This document shows positions 1 through 28,180 of a stretch of DNA of 64,000 nucleotides, piece by piece. A program made the position numbers and the translations under genes. The DNA comes from the human T2T-CHM13v2.0 reference genome, Homo sapiens. Below the pieces are notes generated by a model. That model was given only the letters and a program-made list of their open reading frames with translations, did not search any database and was not told the origin of the DNA. Within the stretch, counting starts at the first letter, position 1. The number at the start of each line of letters is the position of its first letter. The stretch is from the NCBI RefSeq assembly GCF_009914755.1, contig NC_060925.1; one strand, 5' to 3'.

Positions 1-663
<663 letters not shown>

Positions 664-864
664 AATTTTTTGTATTTGTCAAATGTCCTACAATAATCCT
701 ACTTTTATGATTAGAAAAGAGGAATAATGGTTACAAGGTTTATAATATGAGGAAATGCAATTTGTTATAATATTAAATTTAAAAGGCAGAAGACAAAATT
801 ATGTAAAGTGATCTCAACGGTGTTAAATTTTTTTAAAGTGGGAAGGAAACATACCCAAATGTTA

Positions 865-1189
865 ACAGAGAGAAAAAGAGAGGGTGAGAGAGAAATTCAT
901 TATAAGAAATTGGCTCATACAATTATGGAGGCTGGCAAGTCCCAAATCTGCAATGTGGGCTGGCAGGCTGTAGACCTAGGAGAACTGGTGGTATAGTTTC
1001 AGTACAAAGGCAGTCTTCTGGAAAATTCCTCCTTGCTCACAGAGGCCAGAGTTTTTGTTCTATTCAGGCCTTCATCTAATTGGATGAGGCCCACTCACAT
1101 TATGGAAGGCCGCCTGCTTACTCAAAGATTTAAATGTTGATCTCATCCAAACACGCCCTCCAAGTTGACAGATAAAATTAACCATTACA
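865..1189 (-). mobile_element. MLT2 (ERVL) LTR fragment
   Basis: gaaattggctcatacaattatggaggctggcaagtcccaaatctgca and terminal aagttgacagataaaattaaccattaca match the recalled MLT2 consensus. Confidence 0.75.
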
Positions 1190-1860
<671 letters not shown>

Positions 1861-1874
1861 AGGATCTTGTTTCT

Positions 1875-2542
<668 letters not shown>

Positions 2543-2669
2543 TTAGTATAACCAAGCACATTGGTTTCAGGGCATGGAAATTCTGTGTTCTCAAAGTCAC
2601 ACTTACCTGTAAAAGAGCAAATCAGTGGGATTCTCCTGGCTTGCATAACTACAAATCTGGAATGAAAGC

Positions 2670-3586
<917 letters not shown>

Positions 3587-3644
3587 GGCTACAGTTGGTT
3601 GATAAGGACTCTGGAAACACTATTTTGGGGGATTTTCTCTTTTT

Positions 3645-5063
<1,419 letters not shown>

Positions 5064-5479
5064 AAAAGCTCATTTATACCATCTTTTTTCAAGCTGGCAT
5101 GGAGCTGAGCTGTTACCAGTGATGTATGAGACTTCCCTAGGAAAACAAGACCCCAAAATTCCAGTCTTTCAGCACAGTATAGACAGCGCAGTGTAGTGAA
5201 GCAGCCCTTCCCTGGTTTCTGCACCTGTTCTACCCACCTCTCAGTTGTGGGACCTCAGGCAGAGCACATAGCTGTCCTGGTTGTGTTTCCCATTTGTAAA
5301 GTACAGGCTTACATTACAACACGAGTGAGTGTTCACCCATTGTTCTTCCTTTTAATGACATTTTACAAGGAAGCCCAACATAAAAGCAGATAAAAGCAAA
5401 GCTTCTCTGCTTGTAGTGAGAACAGGGACCTGGCCTTTCCCTCAGTAGAGCCACTGAGTCATTCTTTAACAAACACTTA

Positions 5480-5710
5480 AATTGTATTTACTTTAAGCTC
5501 AGCTCTAAGTGTATTACATGCATTAATTTAATATTTTACTTAAATCTTCTTAGTAACCCTGTGAAGTGGGCATTATAATGATCCACAATTTCCATGAGGG
5601 AGTTGAAGCCCAATGGAGTTGAGCAACTTGCTGAAGGTCACACAGCTCGTAAGTCACAGAGCCAAGATTCAAACCCAGACACTCAACTCCAGGATCCACG
5701 TCTCTATCTT
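5480..5710 (-). mobile_element. MIR
   Basis: gcaacttgctgaaggtcacacagctcgtaagtcacagagccaagattcaaacccag matches the MIR core. Confidence 0.8.
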
Positions 5711-6171
5711 TTTAAAGCCCAGTGACTCCACAAACCAGCTCAAAGCCACTCCGCTGGATGATGCCTAAGATACCCTTCAGTCTTCAAGTGTGTCAGCCTA
5801 TGAGTAATAGTCTGGTGTGTTGCTTGTTTATTTCAGCATAGTAGACATCCTCAATCGAAATCCCACTGTCCAGCCTCCAGCACTCCATGCATGGGTGCAA
5901 GTGAGAGTGGTGGTAGGAAGAGCGATGGAGAGGGCATGTCTTCTGCAGATCCTCGATAAGTCTAAGTCCAGGCAGCTCACTCCAGTCCACTTCAACTAAA
6001 ACCCATGGACTCTTATTTCAGGCTTTTGACTCTACTCCTACACCATAATCTCAGGAGGAGTATATTTTTCTAACCTCAACTCACATATTCACGGGGAATA
6101 TGGGAGAGAATTGTAGTAGTAAAGGTTATCCTGGATATGGAGTGTCCCCAGAATCCTGATCACCCAACCTA

Positions 6172-6297
6172 TAGCCCTGTGCTGTCCAATATGGTGGCCA
6201 CATGTGGCTACTGAGCACTCAAAATATATGGTGAGGCCAAACTGAGATATGCTGTAAGTGTAAAATACACAACAGATTTTGATGACTTAGGATGAAA
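6172..6297 (+). repeat. Partial MER33; inverted copy of 3466-3591
   Basis: Reverse complement aligns to 3466-3591 with 8 mismatches in 126 bp (hand count). Confidence 0.9.
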
Positions 6298-6299
6298 CT

Positions 6300-6529
6300 T
6301 ATATGATGTACTTGGATCAGTCAAACTCATAGAGACAAACTAGAAGAGCAGTTACTAGGGGCTGAAGGGAGGATGGAATGAGGAATTATTTTTTAATGGG
6401 TACAGAGTTTCAGTTTTGAAAGATAAAAAAGTTCTGGAGATAAATAGTGCAAGCAATGTGAATCTACTTAATACCACTGAATTATACACTAAAAAATGGT
6501 TGAAATAGTAAATTTTATGTTATAGATTA

Positions 6530-6530
<1 letters not shown>
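6300..6530 (+). mobile_element. L1MB-type 3' end
   Basis: aaactcatagagaca...aatgggtacagagtttcagttttg...aaaagttctggagat...taccactgaattatacact...aaatggttgaaatagtaaattttatgtt. Confidence 0.8.
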
Positions 6531-7660
<1,130 letters not shown>

Positions 7661-7769
7661 GACCCTACTGGAAAATTTACAATGTGTTGACTGTATTTTA
7701 GTTGGGGAACAGATTCACTGTAGCGCAATTCTCAGCTCTGTTCTGCCACTTATTCTGTCACCGCTTTGA

Positions 7770-8090
7770 GGAGGTTAGATCAGAGATTTGATAGTCAGTT
7801 AAACCTAGGGTACACTCTTAGCTCTACCACTTGCTAGCTGTGGGACCAATACAAGTTACTAAAAAACAAAAAATATCAACTAATATTTATTAATTGATTG
7901 AGCATTTTCATTTATGGCAGGCACTGTACTGAGCATTTTACATACATTGTTCATTTCATCCTCATAATCACCCCATACCATATAGTCTACCATTTATTCC
8001 CACATTACATAAAGTGAGGCACAGAGAGGTGAAGTTGGCTAAGGTCACACAGTCAGCACGTGGGAGAAGCAGGACTCATCCCACAAAGCC
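7770..8090. mobile_element. Two MIR fragments in opposite orientations
   Basis: ctctaccacttgctagctgtgggacc and gaggcacagagaggtgaagttggctaaggtcacacag. Confidence 0.7.
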
Positions 8091-8227
8091 AACTTCCCCA
8101 TCAGACACCGCAAGCACAGGGCCCATGAGGCTTTATTTTATTCTAATAACATTGTTTTATTTTAATTTGTTTTAAACTTGGAAGAAAAACATAAATATAA
8201 TAATAATGAGCATATAATAATGAATTC

Positions 8228-10150
<1,923 letters not shown>

Positions 10151-10160
10151 GCAATTGTTG

Positions 10161-10163
<3 letters not shown>

Positions 10164-10192
<29 letters not shown>

Positions 10193-10470
10193 GAGACAGG
10201 ATCTCACTTTGTCACCCAGGCTGGAGTGCAGTGATGCAATCTTGGCTCACTGAAGCCTCTGCCTCCGAGGCTCATGGTCCTCCCACCTCAGTCTCCCTAG
10301 TAGCTGGGACTACAGGCACACACCACTACATCTGGGTAATTTTTTTATTTTTTGTAGAGATAGGATTTCACCATGTTGCCCAGGCTGGTCGCAAACTCCT
10401 GAGCTCAAGCGATCCTTCCGCCTTGGCCTCCCAGTGCTGGGATTACAGACATGAACCACTGTGCCCAGCT
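10164..10470 (-). mobile_element. AluJ with (TTA)n tail
   Basis: Alu consensus similarity; (tta)n at 10164-10192. Confidence 0.9.
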
Positions 10471-10729
10471 AGCAATGGTTATTTTAATTATAATGGTGTT
10501 TGTTCTTGAGCCCTGTAGCATATAATAGAGTTTTCCAACTGCACACAGTAATGGTCAATTAATAGCTGTTGAATGAGTGGATGAATGAATGGATGGATGA
10601 ATTAGTGAATGAATCTTGCTATCACTGTCAATCTAGGACTCTTTTCTTCATACTAAATTCCCATTGTCCTAATGGCAGCAGGAGTTTTAGCAGCCTCAAG
10701 ACTTTCAGGTTTCTTGTTTCTTTTTGATT

Positions 10730-11707
<978 letters not shown>

Positions 11708-12302
11708 CTTATATGACTATTCTTGATAAAAGGTTGTTGAACGAATTCTTTTCTATCAATCCTTCCTCATGGAGACTTCGGACTGTTCATTCTCCATATT
11801 ATGTTAGCACTATTCAGAAACCCTGAATCCCACACATTATTGGTGATGTTACTGTTACTAAACCATGCCTGCTAACTAATGAAGGACCCCCTACCCCTTA
11901 AGGTCTCAGGTGGGCTGCATCCTGACCTCCGATGAACACCAGACCTCAGCGGGATTGGCATCACCAGATCCCTGGCTGGGGAGGAAGATTCAGGCTCCAT
12001 AACAAGCAGGCTTCTTTCCAGTCAGTAGCTCATATTTGGAAGGCTCGTGTTGTATATTTCAGCAGGGCCCATCTCAGAGAGAATATTTCCTTACTCACAG
12101 CTCTCACACTGTTTTAACAACAGCTAATCCTTTCACCTTATTTGGATGCGATGTCAGAATCCCTTCTGTGGCTGGCGAAGTCTCAGCACTAACTGGAGAG
12201 AAGACTTATAGGCCTTTGCATCTGAAGACAAACTCTGCCTGAGGTGGAAAAGAGAGGCTGGGAAGAGCGTTGAGGTTGACATTTGACAGCCTCATCAGCT
12301 CA

Positions 12303-13020
<718 letters not shown>

Positions 13021-14019
13021 ACAAAAAAACCCCAGAGCAGCAGCAGAGGTGTACTGCCACGCCAGGTGAACTGGGGGCACAAGACAGGGGAGGCCAAGGG
13101 AGGGTTCCTGGACTCTTGGAGGCAGTGTTTCCTGAGCTAATTGTGAGGCGAGAGAAGTAACCACACAACAGAGGCTGGGAACAGTTACCTAGGCAGAGGG
13201 AAGAGACTAAGCCAGGCCTCACCAGCAAGGCAGGAAGTGGAAGGAGGAGCACCAAGTGCTGGGTGAGGCTGGGGGTCAAGTGGGAGTGAAGTGGGAGGGG
13301 CAGGAAGCGTAGCTGGAGGAGAAGGAAGTGTCCAGCGGAGGAGAGTCTTGCATCCCACGATACAGAGCTAGCGTTTCATCTTGGACGTGATGGGCAGTCA
13401 CTGAAAGGTTTTGAGCAGAAAAGGGACTCCATTAGGTTTGGGTTTTAGGATGTTCATTCAGTCAACCCTGGGGAGGGTGGATTTGAAGACTGGAAGCAGA
13501 GAGGCCAGTGAAGAGGGACGCTGCCATCACTTGTGCAGCCAAGTGTGATGAGGGTCTGGAAGTGGCCTTGGAGATGGAGAGGATGGGATAGATCCAGGGA
13601 ATAACAAGGCTTATCAGCCAGGAGCCAAGTACAGGGAAGGGTATTTCCTGGCTGGAGGACTTTGAAGGCTGGGGCAGGGATTCCTCTGCATTCTTGGTCA
13701 TAGCTTCTGAGACCTGGCTGGCAGGATCTAATTTAGCCTCCTCCGATCCCTTGTAGAGTCTAGCTGGAACACTAACTGCCAAACTGGATTTGATATTAGA
13801 AGAGGTATCACTAAAAGAGGTCTATAAACCCACACCCAGTGTGTGGCGAGGATCCCGCGACAGGATGAAGTGCAGATTTCTTGTGGAGTCTGCATTCTGG
13901 CTGCTTCTCTCCATCTGCTCTTGCCCTCACCTGGATCTCAGCCAACATCTTTTCTTGCCTAGACTACTGCAGTAGCTTCCTAACTGGGTGGCTCTTTTCT
14001 TTTAATTTCTCTTTCTTTT

Positions 14020-15950
<1,931 letters not shown>

Positions 15951-15999
15951 ACTTGGGGTGTATTAATTATACATCAATAAAATTGTTTTTTAAAAAAGA

Positions 16000-16205
16000 T
16001 GTGAATTAGAATGGCCTTGAACTTCTAAATAATAACATTAGAAACTAGAAGGCAAAAAACAACAACAAATGGTATCTTCAAAATACTCAAAAGTCAGCTC
16101 TAGTTGACTTAATTAGAAAGGGAATTTATTAAGAGTGAAAAATATCATTAACATAGAATTTTATTCCCAGCCAAGCTATCAATTGGATGTGAGGCAGAAG
16201 GAACA
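16000..16205 (+). mobile_element. Old L1 ORF1-region fragment
   Basis: aacattagaaactagaaggcaa...tatcttcaaatactc...tagaattttattcccagccaagctatcaatt (RILYPAKLS-like). Confidence 0.55.
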
Positions 16206-16229
16206 TAATTTCTTTTTTTCTTTCTTTCT

Positions 16230-20627
<4,398 letters not shown>

Positions 20628-20636
20628 TTTATTTTT

Positions 20637-20645
<9 letters not shown>

Positions 20646-20722
<77 letters not shown>
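20646..20722. repeat. Compound microsatellite (TA)n(GA)n
   Basis: Direct reading: about 19 TA units followed by about 19 GA units. Confidence 0.95.
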
Positions 20723-20727
<5 letters not shown>

Positions 20728-20929
20728 TCAGTCTTTCTTTGTCACTTAGGCTGGAGTGCAATAGCTTGATCATAGCTCACTGCAGCCTCAACTCCTGGGC
20801 TCAAGCAATCCTCCCACCTCAGTCTCCCAAGTAGCTGCGACTATAGGCACACATCACAATGCCTGGTTAATTTTTTAATTATTTTGTAGAGATGGGGTTG
20901 TCACAATTATTTTGTAGAGATGTCACTAT
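20722..20929 (-). mobile_element. AluJ, right-arm part (host of the provirus; continues at 27160-27257)
   Basis: Alu sequence breaks at ...tgtcactat and resumes after the provirus as cactatgttgcccagg. Confidence 0.9.
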
Positions 20930-21437
20930 TGTTGGGAACATGCCCCAAATCTGGCCATAAACTGGCCCCAAAACTGGCCATTAACAAAATCTCTGCGGCA
21001 CTGTGACATATTCGTGATGGCCACGACACCACGCTGAAGGTTGTGGGTTTACTGGAATGAGGGCAAGGAACACCTGGCCCACCCAGGGTAGAAAACCGCT
21101 TAAAGGCATTCCTAAACCACAAACAATAGCATGAGCGATCTGTGCCTTAAGGACATGTTCCTGCTGCAGATAACTAGCCAGAGCCCATCCCTTTGTTTCA
21201 GCCCATCCCTTTGTTTCCTGTAAGGAATACTTTTAGTTAATCTATAATCTATAGAAACAATGCTTATCACTGGCTTGCTGTCAATAAATATGTGGGTAAA
21301 ACTCTGTTTGGGGCTCTCGGCTCTGAAGGCTGTCAGCCCCCTGATTTCCCACTGCACACTCCATATTTCTGTGTGTGGGTCTTTAAGTCCTCAAGCACCA
21401 CTGGGTTAGGGTCTCCACGACTGAGCTGGCCTCGGCA
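20930..21437 (+). mobile_element. 5' LTR (MER9)
   Basis: Starts tgttgggaaca and ends ctcggca; TATA-like tataa ~21243; AATAAA 21283-21288; direct repeat of 26645-27153. Confidence 0.93.
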
Positions 21438-21439
21438 AG

Positions 21440-21465
21440 TAGCGCCCATATGTGGGGATTGAACC
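21440..21465 (+). other. Primer-binding site, tRNA-Lys(CUU)-like
   Basis: tagcgcccatatgtgggg resembles tggcgcccaacgtggggc, directly after the LTR-terminal CA. Confidence 0.8.
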
Positions 21466-21513
21466 TGGGTCGAAGGGTTGCTGGAGCGATGGTTGGAGAA
21501 CGTGGAACTAAGC

Positions 21514-22163
21514 TGTGGGATCTGGTTCATTCCACCTTGGAACCTTTTCACACTAACGATGAGGAGGAAGGAAAGTATGACGAAGTAACAGAAGAGGTGA
21601 CAGAGCAGTTTTGTTTGCCAGCTAAAGCTAAAGCGGCAAAGAAGGAAGAGGTTAATGCCTACTCTTCTGCACCCCCTCCTTATTTTGAAGAGAGTGGCCT
21701 GACCCTCCAGATCTTTCTTTTTTGGAGGACACTAGGTGAAAAGTAGTTGCCCCAGTGACTGTTTGAGGAGTGCCTTAAGCGATCACTCTCAGATCTATTC
21801 AGGCAGGAATCCAGCAAGCTAGATGAGAGGGTGACTTAGAGGCTTGGCAGTTCCCTGTTAGGATACACCCCCCAGATCAACAGGGAAATATTATAGCTAC
21901 ATTTGAGCCTTTTCCTTTTAAATTACTCGAATTTAAACAAGCTATCAATCAGTGTGAGCCTAGAATATGTCCAAAATGCAAAAAAAGGAAAACATTAGGC
22001 TAATCAGCATCACTCTAAGTTTGATAAAGATGGGAACCTGATTTCAAGAAACGCCATCAGGGGCCTGACCTGGGACCTGTTCCAAACCAGGGCATTTCTG
22101 GCTCAGGCCACTCCTTCACTCCTGTACAAAGTCTGTCCCACACCACAGCCAGTAGTGCCACAG
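21514..22163 (+). pseudogene. gag: gag remnant (end of MA, acidic/PPPY region, start of CA, second NC zinc knuckle); two large deletions
   Basis: WDLVHSTLEPFHT, SAPPPY late-domain-like motif, FEPFPFKLL, then CPKCKKGKH*ANQ..SKFDKDG. Confidence 0.8.
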
Positions 22164-22965
22164 ATTTATGCTACACAAAAGCTGTGAGTCTTCTGCCTGG
22201 GGAACCCCCACAAAAGGTCCCAACAGGAGTCTGTGGACCCTTGCCAGCAGGGACAACAGGATTACTTCTAGGTAGATCTAGTTTAAATTTAAAAGGAGTA
22301 CAAGTACATATAGGAGTCATTGATTCAGATTACAATGGGAAAATTCAAATTGTTATATCTACTTCTGTTACCTGGAAAGCAGAGCCAGGAGAGCATATAG
22401 CACAGCTCCTGATGGTACTGTATGTGGAAATGGGGAAAAGTGAAATTAAATGAACAGGAGGATTTGGAAGCACAAATAAACAAGGCAAAGCAGCTTACTG
22501 GGTGAATCAAATTACTGATAAACGTCCTACCTGTGAAATAACTATTCAGGGACAGAAATTTAAAGGTTTGGTAGATACAGGAGCAGACATTTCAATCATT
22601 TCTCTACAGCACTGGCCATCCGCGTGGCCAGTTCAACCCACTCAATTTAACATAGTTGGAGTTGGTAAAGCCCCTGAAGTATATCAAAGTAGTTATATTT
22701 TGCATTGTGAAGGGCCTGATGGACAACCTGGGACTATTCCACCAATTATAACTTCTGTATCTGTAAATTTATGATGGAGAGATTTATTACAACAATGGGG
22801 AGCACAAGTTCTAATTCCAGAGCAATTATATAGCCCTCAAAGTCAACATATGATGCATGAAATGGGGTATGTCCCTGGTAGGGCACTAGGAAAAAATTTG
22901 CAAGTTTCAAAGGAACCGCTTCAAGTGGGAAGACAAAGTTCCCGCCAAGGTTTAGGATATCATTT
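22140..22965 (+). pseudogene. pro: pro: dUTPase + aspartic protease + G-patch, with in-frame stops at ~22451 and ~22772
   Basis: dUTPase motifs GRSS, GVIDSDYNGKI, IAQL, *TGGFGST; protease LVDTGADISII; G-patch [15 protein letters not shown]. Confidence 0.92.
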
Positions 22966-22968
22966 TTC

Positions 22969-25707
22969 ATGGTGGCCATTGTTAAGCCTCCAGAACCTAT
23001 ACCTTTAAAATGGTTAACAGATAAGCCAATTTGGATAGAACAATGGCCACTAAGTAAAGAGAAACTGGAGGCTTTAGAGGACTTAGTTACTGAACAATTA
23101 GAAAAAGGACACATAGCTCCAACATTTTCCCCTGGAATTCTCCAGTTTTTGTAATGAAGAAAAAATCAGGTAAATGGAGAATGTTAACTGACTTAAGGGC
23201 CATGAATTCAGTTATACAACCTATGGAGACATTACAGCCAGGATTGCCTTCTCCTGCTATGATTCCAAAAAATTGGCCTTTAATAGTCATAGATTTAAAA
23301 GACTGTTACTTTACTGTCCCCTTAGCTGAACAAGACTGTGAACAGTTTGCATTTACAATTCCTGCAATAAACAACCTGCAGCCTGCTAAGTGTTTTCATT
23401 GGAAAGTGTTGCCACAAGGCATGTTAAATAGTCCACCAATTTGCCAGACTTATGTAGGGCAAGCAATTGAACCTACTTGTAAAAAATTTTCACAGTGTTA
23501 CATTATTCATTATATGGATGATATTCTTTGTGCTGCCTCAACTCGGGAAATATTACTCCAATGTTATGATCGCTTGGAAAATTCAATTTCTCATGCTGGT
23601 TTAATTATAGCTCCTGACAAAATTCAGACTAACACTCCTTACTCCTACTTAGGGACCTTAGTAAATGACACTATCATTGTGCCACAGAAAGTAACCATAT
23701 GTAGGGATCAATTGTAAACATTAAATGACTTTCAAAAATTACTAGGGGACATTAATTGGATACGACCTGCTCTAGGCATTCCTACCTATGCCATGAGTAA
23801 TCTATTTTTTATTCTTAGAGGAGCTCCTAGTCTCACTAGCCCTCGACAGTTAACAAAGGGGGCTGAGGCAGAGTTACAGCTAATAGAGAAGCAAGTCCAT
23901 AAGGCTCAAATAAATAGAATAAATCCAGAGAAGACTCTAGATTTGCTAATTTTTTCAACTCAGCATTCACCTACTGGTGTTACTGTTCAAGAGCAAGATC
24001 TTGTAGAATGACTTTTTCTTCCACATACTAATTCACGGACTCTAACTCCTTATTTGGATCAAATCACTACTATGATAGGAAATGGGAGAACTTGGATAGT
24101 TAAACTGCATGAATATGATCCTGGAAAAATCATTGTCCCTCTCACGAAGGCACAAATACAGCAAGTTTTTATAAATAGTCTTACTTGGCAAACCCATTTA
24201 GCTGACTTTGTGGGTATTCTCGATAACCATTTTCCTAAAATGAAACTGTTTCAATTTTTGAAATTACCTAATTGGATTCTCCCTAAAATAACTAAATTTA
24301 AACCAATTGAAGGTGCTGAAAATGTCTTCACAGATGGGTCTAGTAATGGTAAAGCTTCTTACTCTGGCTCAAAAGGTAAAGTTTTTCAGACGCCCTATAC
24401 TTCAGCTCAAAAAGCAGAACTTGTAGCTGTAATTAAGGTATTGACTGCTTTTGATATGCCTATTAATGTAATTTCTGATTCTTTATATGTGGTTCATCCT
24501 ACACAGTTAGTTGAAAATGCTCAGCTGTGATTCTATACAGATGAACAACTTATGACTTTATTTACTCAATTACAGACAGCAGTTAGGGGTAGAATACACC
24601 CATTTTTCATCACTCACATTAGGGCTCATACACCTCTTCCAGGACCTTTGACTGCAGGGAATCAATGATCGCCTAGTTGCTACTGCAATGTCTAATGCCA
24701 GACCCTTTCACAATTTAACCCATGTTGATGCCTCTGGTCTCAAATGCAGATACAACATTACCTGGAAAGAAGCTAAAGCTGTTATCCAGCGATGCCCAAC
24801 TTGCCAAATGGTACATTCCTCATCTTTTACAGGAGGAGTAAATCCTCAAGGATTAGAACCTAATTCTCTTTGACAAATGGACGTCACACATGTTCCCGCA
24901 TTTGGGGGACTAGCTTATGTACATGTATGTGTGGTCACCTTTTCTCACTTTGTCTGGGCTACATGCCAATCAGGAGAGTCTTCTGCCTGTGTTAAACGTC
25001 ACCTTTTGCAGTGTTTTGCCGTGATGGGCATTCCAGCTTCTATGAAAACAGATAATGCCCCAGGCTATACTAGCCAAGCTCTAGCTACATTTTTCTCTAT
25101 ATGGAATATTAAACACATTACTGGTATCTCATATAATTCTCAAGGACAAGCCATAGTGGAAAGAATGAATCTCTCCCTAAAACAAAAATTGCAAAAGCAG
25201 AGGTCGGGGGGGGAGGGCAGGGAACAGGGACTACAGGACACCCCATATGCAATTGAATCTAGCATTATTGACTTTAAATTTTTTGAGCCTGCCTAAAGGC
25301 CAGATGCTATCAGCAGCTGAACAGCATCTACAGAAACCAGCTGCAAAGACATAAGCAGAACAACTGGTTTGGTGGAGAGATCCGATAACAAAAAGTTGAG
25401 AAATAGGTAAAATAATAACTTGGGGTAGAGGTTATGCTTGTGTTTCTCAGGCCAAAACCAGCAGCCAATTTGGGTACCAGCAAGATACCTGAAACCTTGT
25501 CATGAGCCAGATGCTGAGGAAGAGATTCCAGGAGGATCCCAAGGACCCCCTAGTTGCAGCCATGTCGAGACTGACGCTGAGGAGGACCCCAACTGTCATG
25601 AGCAACATCCGTGGAACACAGCCACCCACCTGGAGACAGATCAAGAAGCTGTTGCAGATGGCAGAAGAAAACCTGAGAAAAGTGGGACAACCAGTAGCAA
25701 TGAGTAA
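22969..25707 (+). pseudogene. pol: pol: RT, RNase H, integrase; frameshifted, multiple stops
   Basis: [40 protein letters not shown]; FTDGSS; HHCC (FHNLTH...CPTC); DDE motifs [21 protein letters not shown]; WGRG. Frameshift ~23131; stops at 23715, 24009, 24528, 24871. Confidence 0.95.
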
Positions 25708-26620
25708 TTTAATGATAGCTGTGATAGCGGTGATCACCATTGCCATGAGCATCCCTTTAGCAAGCGCACACACAAAGAACAATTATACTTATTGGGCATA
25801 TTTATCAATCTTGGCTGGCAATAATGCCTGGATGCAATCACTCTATGACACAGTTACACATGCTTCCCGATCTCAGTATTTACCATAATGAATCTGCTCC
25901 TATAGTTGAGGCATACTGCCCTCAAGAACCTATTTGTAAACAGAATTGGACCTGGCCAGACATAGTGAACGTACTTGTTTGGGAAGATTACATTGCAGAA
26001 CAGGCAGAGGTGCTGCACAATGATTCCTATGGAATCATTATTGATTGGTCCCCCTAAGGGGATGTTTAGCTTGAATTGCACCTCTCAGTCTGCGTGCCAT
26101 GGCCACACTGTGTTCAGCTGGTCTGAACAAAACGGTCAGATAGTAGAAATGGTAAAAAAAAAAAAAAATACTGCAAGAGTTCCTATTGTCTGGAAACACG
26201 GAGGTATAGTGGCACCTCAACCTCAAATGATATGGCCCACTTTAGGAGCTAAACATAAGGATTTGTGGAAACTATTAATGGCTCTTAATAAGACCAAAAT
26301 TTGGGAAAGAATGAAAAAGCATCCAGAAGGACACTGTACAAACTTGTCTTTGGATATTTGCAAAATTAAAAGAACAAATATGTAAAGCATCCCAGGCACA
26401 CCTGACCTTAATGCCAGGAACTGGAGTGCTTGAAGGAGCTGCAGACAGATTAGCAGCTAGTAACCCATCAAAATGGATACAAACACTTGGAAGGTCTGTG
26501 ATTTCAATGATGATTGCGCTTTTAATCTGTGTTGTTTATCTTTATATAGTTTGCAGATGGGGATCCCGATTCCTGTGAGAAGTAGCTCACTGTGATAAAG
26601 CCACCTTTGCTTTTATTGTC
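25562..26620 (+). pseudogene. env: env remnant: open signal-peptide region, SU fragments and TM C-terminus; large internal deletions
   Basis: PPTWRQIKKL signal peptide, NYTYWAY, GIIIDWSP, LWKL, then IWERMKKHPEGHCTNLSLDI and the membrane-spanning region. Confidence 0.85.
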
Positions 26621-26624
26621 TTGC

Positions 26625-26644
26625 AAAAACAAAAAGGGGGAACA
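26625..26644 (+). other. Polypurine tract
   Basis: aaaaacaaaaagggggaaca immediately before the 3' LTR. Confidence 0.85.
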
Positions 26645-27257
<613 letters not shown>

Positions 27258-27621
27258 GGGTTTTCTTAAGGTAATCAAATGTATAGCATTTCTTGAGATT
27301 CAAAAAGTTGCCATTTTCTGAGCCCAGACAAAATACAACTATTCAACTAGCATTTATCATGTGAAAAAAAAAAAAAGAATTAGAAACAGCCATGTTGTCG
27401 GAGCAATTAGTTTGTTTTCAATCTTAATGACACTGTGACTCACACATCAAAAGTGTTTTCCTGTTTGCTTTGCAAACCAGGAAGCTCAGAACAAGATTTG
27501 AGTACATCTCTAATATTTACATGGTGCTTAAGGCAAGAGATGTTTCAACAACTGTTTTAATTTGTCTCTTAATTCATCTCATCTTTTTTCTTTCCCCAAT
27601 TTTTGATTAGTTCCAACTTCA

Positions 27622-28180
<559 letters not shown>

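Noticed and set aside
5817-5910. Possible exon (tttatttcag acceptor at ~5837, gtgcaa/gtgaga donor)
   Set aside because: Splice-like motifs alone, with no recognisable protein or partner exons.
21183-21217. 17-bp tandem repeat gcccatccctttgtttc in the LTR
   Set aside because: It is present in both LTRs, so it is a pre-integration LTR feature rather than a separate element.
23154-23717. 187-aa RT ORF with LPQG and YMDD as a functional reverse transcriptase
   Set aside because: It is cut off by a frameshift at ~23131 and a stop at 23715, so it lacks the N-terminus, thumb, connection and RNase H.
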